From NCBI GenBank assembly GCA_001179505.1, contig CDMY01000581.1, forward strand, positions 248,001-312,000: a DNA stretch of 64,000 nucleotides. The letters are read 5' to 3'. This document shows positions 1 to 12,300 of the stretch, one piece after another. Each line of letters begins with the position of its first letter. Positions within the stretch are counted from its first letter, which is position 1. The DNA is from Vitrella brassicaformis CCMP3155 (taxonomy: Eukaryota > Protista > Chromerida). The notes below the pieces were generated by a model. That model was not told where the DNA came from. It saw only the letters and a program-made list of their open reading frames with translations, and ran no database searches. The position numbers and the translations under genes are program-made.

Positions 1-1552
1 AACACAGATGGCGGGCCGTGTGTATGGCGTGTGCTGGGTTCAGACGCCTGAGCAGAAGCAGGCCAAGCTGCGTGAGAAGTTGATCCAGGAGAACGCCCGC
101 CTTCGCGAAGAGAACGAGCGGCTCAAGGACGGCATCGCACGACTACGAGAGGCACAGGCCATCGAGGAAGAGGCACGCAGACAAAAGTAAGACACCACAC
201 ACCAACAACCCGAGGCAGACAAAACAAAGCACATGCCGTATTCTCTTCCTCCTCTTGTGTGTGGTAGGGGCTACCACGCCCGTCGTGCCCGTCTTCAGGA
301 GGAGCGCAAGCGCCGCATCGAGCAGCGCGAGAAGGAGCAGAAGGAGCGCGAGCAGCAGGAGGCCGAGCGCCTCAGAAAGGAGATACAGGAGCGGGAGGCG
401 CTGGTCAAGGCCCTCACGGCACGCAAGGCAGGCAGCCCCTCGCCCCCCCAGCCCCAGAAGAAGGTCTCATCGGCCTCTTTGCCGCACCTGGTGCAGGAGG
501 ACGGCCGCGTGGGTGGCAGCGGCAGTGACGGTGGTGTGTCGACCGAGTGTGTGAGCGACGATGAGAAGAGCAAGAGCAGCGGCCACGAGGTGGAGCCGTC
601 CGAGCCGTCCGTCGACGACCTCCTCAAGTTCATCGAATCGGGCGAGAGGTGAGTGAGCCGTGGACAGTGGGGATGGGTGGGTGGGGATCAAGGAGGGATG
701 GGGGAGGATGGGCTGGCTGATGTGCGTGTCTATGTATGTGTGTGTGTCAGCTCTTCAAAGAAGAGCGGCAAGAAAAAGGCCCGCAACAAGAAGGGCGCCA
801 CGGCCACAGACGCAGCCGACGTCCGCGAGACGCCCAGCACCAGCACCACTAGCTCCCCCTCGTCCACACGCATCCCACCTGACACAGCGACGGCCACAGT
901 CGCAGCCAACGACACCGACAAGACATCCAACAGCAGCAGCCACACGCACTCGCACTCGCCGCTCACAGCCATCGAGAGAACCATCGAGGACGCCATGACG
1001 ATCCCTAAAACGGTCGCAGCGGCCGAGCGCCAGCGCAATGCGCTTCGCTCGAGCTTCCAGAGCCTGCTGCTGACCATCGACCGCCTCTCCAAGGCGGAAG
1101 CCGCTACCGAACGAGGAGCGATCAAGCGCATGGCGATGGGGGCAAAGCACCAGAAGAACAAGGAGGACCGTGACAATGAACCGGGGGCTGACGGTGAGGA
1201 CGAGTGGGAGGAGATTGACGAGAGCGAGGTGGCTGATGGGGGTGAGGGGGGCGGTGTGGTTGAAGGGGGCGGGGGAGAAGAGGACGGTGAGGGTGAGGAT
1301 GAGATTGATGCGGAGGATGACGGCGGTGAGAGTGACGAGGAGAGCGACGAGGAGCTGGCGGCGTTCCGGCAGCGTCTCGATTTGCACTACCAAGAGCACC
1401 AGAGACCCGCTACTGCATCGGTACGCACAACACAATCCAACACAGAAGGCTGCAGATACGTTGGGCATGCACCTGAATCCTGTGTGTTTGGTGTCCGTGT
1501 CCTGCCCCAGCGCACCTCTTCGGCCACGTCGCTCGCCCACAGCTCCACCTGA
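1..1552 (+). CDS. 3' part of a spliced hypothetical protein (coiled-coil, Ser/Thr-rich then highly acidic C-terminus); 5' end outside the window
   Basis: Exons 44-186, 268-648, 751-1420 and 1511-1552 have GT-AG borders. Phase was checked at 648/751 and 1420/1511. E/Q/R/K coiled-coil (EQKQAKLREKLIQENARLREENERL) and D/E-rich tract; stop TGA 1550-1552. Confidence 0.6.
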
Positions 1553-2511
1553 AGGGCCGACGGAGACCGAGACTGAGAAGTGTTTCAACACATGCATCTA
1601 TACTCTCACTCACCCACTGGTGCTCCTTGCATGCGATGCATGTGCTGCGTGTTGTATCGGCGACACGCATGGCAGAGCATGACATGGCAACCCAAGGAAG
1701 GGGCAAGCCAATTCACTAACTACTGACCTAACTGACCAAATGGATGATCAGGGGGGAGGGGAGGGAGGGGGTAGTGAGCATACGTATGCCGATGTGTGCG
1801 TGCATGTGTGCTTGTATCAAGGCATAAGCGCTCTCTTTGAAGGATTGTATGGATTCGGACTGACTTAAGGGCCTTGGTGGTGCGGGCGAGTGGGTGGGTG
1901 GGTGGGTGGATAGATCGTGACAACCCCTCCCACCCCTCCCCTCACAGCCGCCAAAAGGGAGAGAGGGCTTAAGGTCTGGCGTCTCCCAATGCCTTCCTTT
2001 GTCCGCACAGTACAGTAACAACACACTAGAGCTACGTGCGACCACGCCACCGTTTCTCGTTCGGTGGGTGTGTGGACTGAGAGCATTTTTTCCCTCACTC
2101 ACTGGGTGGGTGGATGGATGGATGGATGAGTCATGGACGGACGAGCAACTACATAACGTAATTGGTACTCCTTTATACAGACATACATTGTGTGCACCGG
2201 ATGTTTGGCCGACGCGATGCCCGAGAGAGAGAGAGAGAGAGAGAGATGCTGGGGGCAAGGGGGATGGTGTTGGTTCTGTTTTGTTTCGCTAATGCTGATC
2301 GATGTGACTGACTGATCGCTGCCTAACCAATCGAGAGACGTGCAATTTCTTTCTGTTTCATCAAGACCAACATGACGCCGAAAAGTGCGACAGACAGACA
2401 GACAGACAGGTGTTTCTGATTCTGGGAAGGGCAGCGGCTGCATTGATGAGAACCAGCAGATGGCCATTTCTCTGTGCATACCTCTTGAGAATGAAGGAAG
2501 GAATGTGAGAT

Positions 2512-2542
<31 letters not shown>

Positions 2543-3085
2543 TGGCGAATGCTCTTGCCGATACGCATCTGTCTATCTGTTGCGTCTGAATTCCCTTGCT
2601 GTGCGATTGCCACATCGAAGTACCCATCGGTGCTTCGCTCGTCCAACCATGCGACGAGCAGTGAGCGCATCGATGCGCGTGGCGAGGAGGCAGTCACACG
2701 GATGGGAAGATCAGGCTTTGTGTCGTGAATGCCACGCCATGGTTGTGAATGATGACAGAGAGAGGGGATGTGTCATCCGTGAGTGGAGAGCTTGCGTTGG
2801 ATGGGCTCTTCCATTCTTTGCTGCATGCAATCGCGGTGCAGAGCTCTTACCCGATGCTGCCAGCTGTCGGGCGAGTGGATGTGTCCATGCATCTTAGCGC
2901 TACACGAAGCACGAGTATCTGACGAGAGAGAGGGGGAGAGAGAGAGACTTGCATCGTCGGTAAGGCTATTTCTCGTGGAACACACTCCTTCATTCATCAT
3001 ATCATTGCAGGAGACTCTCTGCGTGCGAGTGAATCAATTGAACAGCAGCTGCCGTATCTCATGTGCCGATGCGTCCCTCCTTCCC

Positions 3086-4009
3086 TCACAAACCAAATGA
3101 TTTCATGAGCTTCGGTCCCTTGGGAGAAGTCACAGACGCAGTCATCTGCGGCTCACGCAGCCCCCCTGGCCCTCCATCCCCCTTGATGGGCACACCGAAC
3201 TGCACACCCTCCGCTTGCAGTTTCTCGGCCAGAATCTTCAGCCCTCCCAGGTGTTCCTCATCGAGCACTCTGCCGGCGCCCGCGGCCATCGACCCACGGC
3301 GCGACGCCGACTGGCTGATGAGCTGGTCGACGGACGGCAGGATGCCGTGCCAAAGCGACAGGTTGTCTGCCTCGATATCGGGGAGCTCATAAGAGGGAAG
3401 AGGCTCCATTTCTCGCGGCGCATCGGAGTCGTGGTCTGCAAGGAGCATGCTCATGGCGGTACCGGCGAGGGACCCGGAGCGGCTGGAGCGAAGCGCAGGG
3501 ATGCCCAACAGCTCCTTTCCCTTCCGTGAGTCGTCGCCAGACACCACAGACGACCGGCGGGGCATCTCGTTTTCAACCATCTCGATCGACGCCACACTGC
3601 AATCGCGTGCAAGGACACACTACACACACGTGGGTGTCCGAAGTGGCTTCCAGCTCACCTGTGTCGCTCCTTGTGCCCCTTGATGCCCGACGACTGCCGC
3701 CATGGGGCCTGCCAGTAGCCGAAGCTGCCCTGATGGACCACAAGGGATGGCTCTGTTGGGTGGTGCGTGTTGGAGTGGGTCGAGTGCAGCTCTTCGGGAC
3801 ACAGAGGGGTGATATCTGAGCACACAACAACGTCGAGAGATATCGGACGATCTCAATTTGAGTTTCGAACGCCAACCTGATCGGACGGACACGATAGAGT
3901 TTCTGCCTCTGCGGGAGGAGCTGCGTGACCGTTCTCTTTGCTGAGGCTGGAAACGGGGACAGAAAAGGCATCCTGCCATCGCTGCGTTTGCCCCCAATTC
4001 AGAGATCAC
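3086..4009 (-). CDS. Spliced hypothetical low-complexity protein; 5' end uncertain
   Basis: Long terminal exon ORF 3086-3595 with coding-like composition (…HGILPSVDQLISQS…KILAEKLQAEGVQFG…). A minus-strand donor (ctcac near 3654) and upstream open frames to ~4009. No recognisable domain. Confidence 0.4.
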
Positions 4010-4302
4010 TTATTGTGGGGCCGACCGGGATCCACCGCTTAGCGTTCTCTGTTCTCCTCAGGTGGTTTTTTAGAGCTAAGAAACCGCCTTACTACGTGTC
4101 CACACACATACCACCTGAACACTCTCTCACAAACCCTTGGTCGGTTGCTCGAATGACACCACCCTTCGCATGACGAGTCTCTACCATGATCCCTCAACTG
4201 AATCATCTCTGATAAAGATGCACTGCACACCACGGCTCCCGCCAGGCAGAATCGGATGCAGGGTGTTCTGGGAGACATGCACATCATTTCCGCCCAGACA
4301 CA

Positions 4303-4336
<34 letters not shown>

Positions 4337-5027
4337 TCGCCTGAACAACACGAGCAGACAGGGCGCAGGTGGCCAGCAGGGAGATGCATCAAAGAATCAT
4401 GCCACAGGGCTCTTACTGCTTGCGTCACTCAGCAGAGCTCACTGAGGTCAGCCAGGCGCAGCCACAGCAGCCCGTATTGACCACGATGGAGCAGGCACGT
4501 GGAGGCGAGGATGCTCGCCGTGTGGCTGAAAGAGAAGACAAGAAGACTCGGAAGGCCATCCTTCCCTGCCCTGCCGCCCCTCCCTTCTCCCCCCTATCCC
4601 TTGCCCTGACGCTATCTGCCGCTCCCGTGTCCCCTCCCGTCGTATGATGGCTATATTGTTCCAGCTCAGTTATCTGAGTTTGTCGTGCCTCGGAGGACTC
4701 TCGCGAGAACCTCCCTCCACGAATCTCGTGTCATCGTCACTGGAATAGCCATATACGAGATGTTGCAGTCTTCTGAAAGCGCACACACAGGCGCAACACA
4801 CACACAGCACGGGTGAGAGATCTGCGACTTCGCGGGCGTGCGTGGAGTTGTCTTTCAAGATTTTGTGCGCAACTGGTCTCTCTGACACTCCCTGACTCGG
4901 GAGGACTGCCTGCTTCGCTGTTTTTGCTTACTTTGGGTGAAAAAAGACATGCGAGCTTGTCAGTGGATCGTCGATCCATTTGGTGCGAGCTAGAACAGGA
5001 GCCAGGAGAAAACGGCATCGCAGCACC

Positions 5028-5634
5028 ATGGTGAGAACGGCACACACACAAGGCATGCCCCTCCACCATCCTACACGTCTCTTTTGCTGTGATCTCCCCT
5101 CCCTCAGGCACCGAAGAAGAAGGCGGCCAGTCAGGAGCCGGTGGGTCTGAGCAAGCCCACTGTCCGCGAGGACGAGAACGTCTTTGGCGTGGCGCACATC
5201 TACGCCTCCTTCAACGACACTTTCATCCACGTCACCGACCTCTCGGGACGCGAAACACTCGTCCGCATCACCGGAGGCATGAAGGTCTGTCAACCACACG
5301 CCACACACCATACACACAGACGAGGGGAGATCACTGTGGTGCTGTCTGTGTCTTGTGGGGGTGTCTGTCATCAGGTGAAGGCCGACCGTGACGAGTCGTC
5401 CCCTTACGCGGCGATGATCGCGGCCCAGGACGTGGCAGCGCGCTGCAAGGAGCTGGGCATCACTGCGGTGCACATCAAGCTGAGGGCCACTGGCGGCACC
5501 AAGACCAAGACTCCCGGACCCGGCGCACAGAGCGCTCTCAGGGCACTCGCACGATCCGGACTCAAAATCGGCCGCATCGGTCAGAGAGGCTGGCACGGAA
5601 CAGACAATCATGTGGGCTCAGTCAATACGTGCTC

Positions 5635-5670
<36 letters not shown>

Positions 5671-5746
5671 GTGATCAGAGGATGTGACGCCCATCCCCAC
5701 CGACAGCACTCGCCGAAAGGGAGGCAGACGCGGCCGCAGGCTCTAG
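5028..5746 (+). CDS. RPS14: 40S ribosomal protein S14 (uS11)
   Basis: Exons 5028-5030 (ATG only), 5108-5284, 5375-5579 and 5679-5746 give MAPKKK…[25 protein letters not shown]…[18 protein letters not shown]…[26 protein letters not shown], the hallmark uS11 sequence. Confidence 0.98.
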
Positions 5747-6603
5747 ACAGACCTGCCGGCCTGCCTGCCTCTGGTGGTGGGTGGGATGCTTCGTGTTGGT
5801 TGTTGAGCGTGTTGGTTGTTGAGGATGCGACTGACGGATTGACGGATGAGCAAGCCATGGTTGTGAGTGGGAGGTGAGTGAGGTGGACAGACTGATTTCA
5901 AGTCAATCAGAAACAACTGCATGCCATGTCTGCCTGTCATCGCTCGTGGGTGGCTGTGGTGTGTGTCACGGACGCCACACGCGCAGACACGCAAGACTTT
6001 GAATGAATTAGCATCCATCCACCGCAAACCATACCACTGTCACACGAACGCGTCCATCCCACGCACACCACACATGCAGAAGGTCTCCGTTTGATGGCTG
6101 GGTGAGATGTATGTACGTGGCGGCAGGTTCGCACACCAGAGAGCTTGGCTCCATGGCGAGCTTGCCTGTGACGGCTTGTGGCGGCCGACGGTTCCGCCCC
6201 CACCCCCCCTCCTATCAAATGTGCGCACGAAGCATTGTGCAAAGGTCATCCCTCTCGGCATCTCTCTCTGAATCTCTCTAGTAGCAGACACGTAGCCATG
6301 ACAGCCGGCGAATTCGGTATATCTCTCTCTCTCTACGTCATAGATGTGATCGACATACAGCCATTCTACGGCTATACAAGTCAGACACACACAGATAGGG
6401 AAACACCCAAGTATGTTGGGACGGGCAGCGAAGAGCGAGAGACCACACACGTACGGACACAGCACGCGGCGCCCGCTGAGCGAAGCGCCCGCCAGTGTGC
6501 CCGGAGGTGTGGCCATAGGACGCCGCCGGCCACACACACACACCCCACACGGACAGATGTAGCGAAGAGGGAGACAGGTGAGTAGGAGGGGGGGGGGGGG
6601 GGG

Positions 6604-6903
6604 NNNNNNNNNNNNNNNNNNNNNNNNNNNNNNNNNNNNNNNNNNNNNNNNNNNNNNNNNNNNNNNNNNNNNNNNNNNNNNNNNNNNNNNNNNNNNNNNN
6701 NNNNNNNNNNNNNNNNNNNNNNNNNNNNNNNNNNNNNNNNNNNNNNNNNNNNNNNNNNNNNNNNNNNNNNNNNNNNNNNNNNNNNNNNNNNNNNNNNNNN
6801 NNNNNNNNNNNNNNNNNNNNNNNNNNNNNNNNNNNNNNNNNNNNNNNNNNNNNNNNNNNNNNNNNNNNNNNNNNNNNNNNNNNNNNNNNNNNNNNNNNNN
6901 NNN
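6604..6903. other. Assembly gap (300 N) flanked by poly-G runs
   Basis: N run; G homopolymers at ~6588-6603 and 6905-6916. Confidence 0.99.
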
Positions 6904-7337
6904 CGGGGGGGGGGGGTTGCTCTGTACACAAGACGGAGGAGATATAAAAGTAGGCAAGGCAGGGCAGGGCAAGGCAAGGCAGCCACCATGACGACACGTC
7001 AGTCAGCCAGCCAGCCAGCCGCTCGGAAAATCCTTCATGACTACAAATGCACCATCCATCGATCCATCCATCGCGCCCAAGATCACCGCATCGGGTGCTC
7101 GGGCACGCACTATTCCACAGCAGCAATCAGCCAACCATGCAGCCAGCCATCGAAAACTCGCTCCGCTCTGCCCTCGTGTGCCGTGTCATATGTGAAAAAT
7201 CAACGAGCTGTGTGGACGGTCGCTCGGCAAACAGACAGACAGACAGACCGACAAACGTACGGACGGCACGGCACGGCACGGCACGGCACGGATGCACCAC
7301 ACATTGTACGCGTGTGTGTATTGGGCAGGTCGATGCA

Positions 7338-9177
7338 TCAGAAGTCGGCGTCGAGGCTGAATCTCTGGTCCTCCCGTGAGGCCATGACGCCGGCCTTCTG
7401 GTACTCGCCAACACGCTTCTCGAAGAAGTTGGTCTTGCCCTGCTCACACACATACACACACGTGTGTGTCCTGTTAGTCGACTGACACACTGTCAGCCCG
7501 TTGTGTGTAGGTACCGACCGACCTGCAGCGATATGAGTTCCATCCAGTCGAACGGGTTCCGCGCGTTGAAGAGCTTGGGGCACTCGAGGCAGCCCAGCAA
7601 ACGATCCGCTACGAAGCGGATGTACTCCTTCATCAACGCTGGACATCACATGCATCACGCATCACGCCACGGACGGCAGGCAGACATGCAAACAACACAT
7701 GCAGGCAGGCAGGCCTGATGGGGGGGTGGATGCTGTGTGTGTGTGTGTGTGTTGGTCTTCGTCGTGCACTCACTGACCGGCATTCATCCCGATGAGTGCG
7801 CATGGCAGCGCGTCGCAGATGAACATCTCCTCAACGTCGACAGCGCCCCTGCACCCACACACCACACCGAAACGCTCATTTTTCCTCCACTCCCTCCACT
7901 CCCAGGTCAATGCATTGAATGGCTCACTGACTCACTGTATGATTTCCTGGACGCGTGTGTGCGGCAGTTTGTGTTTGAGGTTCGAGTAGAGGAGGCACGC
8001 GAAGTCGGCGTGGAGGCCCTCGTCGCGGCTGATGAGCTCGTTGCTGAACGTCAGGCCGGGCATGAGCCCGCGCTTCTTCAACCAATAGATCGCACAGAAA
8101 CTACCGCTAAACAAAATACCTGCAGGCCACAGACAGACGTCCAGATGGGATGGATGGTTCCTGTCCTGTCAAGTGTGTGGGTGTCCCTCCCTCCCTCCCT
8201 GCCTCCGTACCTTCAACCGCGGCGAATGCGACGAGCCGCTCAGCGAAACAGTTGTCACTGTTGATCCACTTGGCGGCCCACTCGGCCTAATTGAACACGC
8301 ACAACGGATCCGATCCAACACCACACCACACCCTCCCTCGGTCTGTGAATGGAATGGGTGTGGTGTGAGGTGACCTTGAGTGCGACGGGTTCGTAGTGGT
8401 TGATGGCCTCGAGTAGTTTGGTCTTCTCGGTCTCGTTCCTGATGTACTGGTCGATCAGCAGGCTGTAGGTCTCGCTGTGGATGTTCTCCATCGCGATCTG
8501 GAAACCGTAGAAAGCGCGCGCCTCGGGCACCTGCACCTCCGCCAGGAACTTGGCAGCCAAATTCTCCAACACTATGCCATCGCTGGATTGACACACAAAC
8601 ATCCATCCACGCACGCACTCGTGCAAATGACCGACACACACGCAGGGAGGGGTGTGTGTGTGGACGAACTAGCTAGCTGACCTGGCGGCGAAGAATGCGA
8701 GTATCATTTTGATGAAGTATCGTTCGTTGTCGGTGAGGCTGTCCCAGTCCTTCATGTCCTGTCCCAGGTCGATCTCCTCAGCCGTCCAAAACGACGCCTC
8801 CTGCTTCTTGTACATCTCCTGCACACACCACACCACACCACACCACAAACAAAGATCCGGACAGTGTCAGGCTGGTGCCACAGCAACAAGATGGCCTGTC
8901 TGTCTGCAGTCCACGCGCCACACACGTACGCCACCCTCCATGCTCGATGCTCACCCATATCTCGGGGTACCGAATGGGGAGGATCACCTGCGCGCGCACA
9001 CACGAACACACAGACCGGTCGGGGATGAGTTCACGGTTAGTTTCCCTCCCCGCATCCACCCATCCGTCCACTCACCCATCTATTTGGGTTGTCCTGCAGC
9101 ATAGGCTCGTCTTTCTCGAGCTGCTTGTACTGCTCCGACACGCTCTCCTTCATCGACGCGTCGGGGTAAGGGGACAT
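7338..9177 (-). CDS. RNR2: Ribonucleotide reductase small (R2/beta) subunit
   Basis: Spliced [12 protein letters not shown]…[18 protein letters not shown]…[15 protein letters not shown]…[19 protein letters not shown]…[47 protein letters not shown]…[18 protein letters not shown]…FSLDADF*, with the di-iron ligands and tyrosyl-radical motif. Confidence 0.98.
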
Positions 9178-9360
9178 GCCAACCAACCGCACTCACGACT
9201 CCGCTACCTCACCTCTCAATAGCGATGCCACCTTACGCCTCACTGACGTCGTCAGATCAATGAAAACACGCCTTTTCGAGGAAGACAGAGGTCGGCGATC
9301 CTTCTACAAGCTCGCAATTGCCCATGCTCCACTTTTGACGCCATTATATAAGCAGGCATA
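9178..9360. promoter_or_regulatory. Putative bidirectional promoter between RNR2 and CFAP70
   Basis: 183 nt between divergent ATGs; contains the inverted repeat CTGACG-t-CGTCAG at 9243-9255. Confidence 0.55.
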
Positions 9361-12300
9361 ATGGCTCCGAAGAAAGAGGCCCCCGCACCGACAGAGCCTC
9401 CTGCCGAGGAGGAACCACCGAAGGAAACCATCAAGATAGACATACAGGTGCGCAATGCATAAGACTGCAGCCAGCGAGACGGCTTCGGCGTGTCCTTGTA
9501 TACCACACCTTACATTGCATAAGTGCTGTGCAGGTTGGTCAGGTGTCGAATCTGCCGGCGGAGCTGGCGACATGTGTGATTGCCGAAGGTGACTGTCTGA
9601 CACTGTCGACTTGGGGGAGGAGCGGAGAGGGCCACGAGGTTCTTTGTTTGTGCAAACACAACAGGCTTCCCCGAGGCCCCTGTCGTATCGGAGAAAGAGG
9701 AAGCCTCCAGACAGCCGGTGGGAACAAGCAAATGACTCCCTTGTTAAAACAAGAGGGTGCGGTGCGTGTTGTGTTGCTCGTTGTGTTGGTTCTTTCCTTT
9801 CAGGGGCCATTTGTGTTCCCCCAGCCTACCCTGCACTTTCCCAAGGCAGCGGACAGTAGGCACAACACACCATCGATGCGATATATGTACAGTACGTCTG
9901 TCTGGTCTGGATGGATGGATGGATGGGTGCAGATGCCAGTGGGTATCGGGCCATGCTCGACCGTGTGTGCTCCAAGATGCTCACAATCAGGCTTGTGGAC
10001 ACCACAGAAGGCACCGCGGCCGAGGTGAGTGAGAAGCCAACCACACACATGTATCTGATGGCGTGTAATGAATGCATTGCAGCAATGCCCCGAGGTAGGC
10101 CGCCTGAGCGTCGACCTGATCCCCCTGCTGCACACGTCAAAGGATGTCACCGGCAGATTCCAGTAAGCAAGCGAAACATGCCGCGGAATGTTGTCTGGAG
10201 ACCCTGTCTGTCCATAAGTGTAGGCTCGAGCTCACCGAGAAGTACGATGCCTTGTTCGACAAGCCAGCAGCTGTGGAGGGCGAGAATGCCGACCAGAATG
10301 CAGAGGAGGGCGACAAGGGAGAAGAGGAGGCAGAGGCGGCACCTGCCGAAGGTTGGGAAGTATAGCTGGCTACGAAGGGCTGTGCATGTCTACTGATGTT
10401 GCGTATGCAGAGGTTGATCGGTCGGTGTGGGTTGACGTGACTCTGGTGGCTTCGGAGCTCCTGGCGCCGCCCGAAGACAAGGGAGATTGGAACGCCATGA
10501 CTGTCAGGGTAGCCGCACTTTCAGCGTACGCAGAGCTCCTCACACAACCTCCTCCTCATTTCAGATTGAGGGCGTCTATGCGCTCCCCCCGGCCCTGAGC
10601 GCCTTCGGCACATCGGTCACCAACAACGTATTGGACGCCACCAACCACCCCTTCGACTACACGGTCCATCTACTGGGTATGCATATTTCCGAGGGGGCGT
10701 TGGTACAGCCACCACCGCCGCCCGAGGAGCCGCCCGCACCAGGAGCTGCAGAGGGGGCGGGGGATGAGGGCGAGGAGGCGGCTGCTGCAGAGCCTGTCCA
10801 GGAGACGCCTGAAATGTTCTACGAAAAGACAGGTGAGACATCCATACATGCATGTGCCTGTCTCTAAGCTGGGTGCCTCACTCGTTGTGCTTCGTTTGTT
10901 GGTGCGGTGCGACACCAAAGAGAAGGCTGAGGTACGTGTGTTTTGGGAGGACCCTGCCGCGCCGTCTGGTGGTGACGAGGCGAAACATCCTGTGGAAAGG
11001 ACTGCTTACAATGGACGAAAGGTGAGAACCACCCGGATGGATGAAGGAACTGATTGTCGAGCCGTTTTTTGAATGATCACTTGTGGGTGCAGTACCTTCG
11101 ATCCTTCAAGACCATGCTTGACAAGCAGGGAGGTGTGTGGGCTTACTTCGTCCCATCGGGGAAGCCTTCCATAATGGAGGCAGTGAGCTGGGCACCAACA
11201 GAAGCAATGCACAAGAGGACGTCTCACACTCACATACCCGCGTTGCTGTCGATGCTGTGTGTTGGCTGGCAGGATGTGAAGGCCAAGAAGGGCGCCCCGG
11301 TGGTCGACAAGGAGGCCATACTGGAGGCATGCAACAGGTACTGCGGCAAGGCGTGGATTGACCTCCGCAGGTTCCAAAGGCGAGCCACCAAAGGTAGGTA
11401 TGCTGGCAGCCAGGCAAGAGGCCGGATTCGTCTGAGGCTGCCTCCTCCCGTTGGTGCACTGCAGAGGTGTCTGGGCGGTATGCACTGACGTCATTCAAGC
11501 TCACTCCCCCCCCTGAGGAACCACCCGCTGAGCAACCAAGTGACGGAGAGGGAGCCGAACAGCCGACAGAACCGAAAGGTAATGAATGAACACAACACGC
11601 GTAAAGCTTGTGTGGGGTGGAGTCTGTCTGGTCCTTGATTCAGAGGCTCCCGAGAGTCTGGAGAAGCATCGCACGTACCTGAAAGTGACCGTCAGCTTCC
11701 TCACCGGTAAGCGAGCAACAGGCACACAGCCACAAATGCCGCTGCTTTCGTGGATGAAGGTGTGCTACCCTTGGAGCCGCGGTCCCCGCCTCCCCTCCCC
11801 CAGGACTTTCTGCCGGCCCGGCCTCTCCCACCACCACTCAAGACATCAGAGGAAGCGGCAGAGTTCTTCAAGGCGTGAGCAGCCGCACACACACATATTC
11901 TACTGATGGCAGGCCGAATGCTGTCTGTTTGTGTGGCGTATGTATGCAGCGTGATAGAGAATGGCATCGACATGGTGGGCCGTGAGTTCGAGAAGCTGGA
12001 CATACTCCAGCAGAAGACCGCGCCGCACAGCGTGGAGGTACGGACGATATGCACCCACGCACTCAATTGCACTGCACTTCTCTATATATATACGTCCCGT
12101 CTCCTTCCTGTTCAGCTTCGTCAGGGCTTCTTGGAGCACTTGAGGTCCGTCGGTGTCTACCAGCAGATGCAAAACAACCTGAGGGAGGCCATGGTCGGCA
12201 CATGCATAAAGGCGTAGTGCTGAGACGGAGTGTATGCAGCCAGCCATGTATGTATCTATCGCACACACAGGTGAAGATTGTTCGCGAGAAGGTCCAGAAG

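Noticed and set aside
5900-6600. Possible snoRNA or other ncRNA downstream of RPS14
   Set aside because: No convincing C/D or H/ACA box pair or terminal stem could be identified by eye.
6040-7126. Long ORFs spanning the first N gap
   Set aside because: Artefacts of translating Ns and poly-G; no coding motif.
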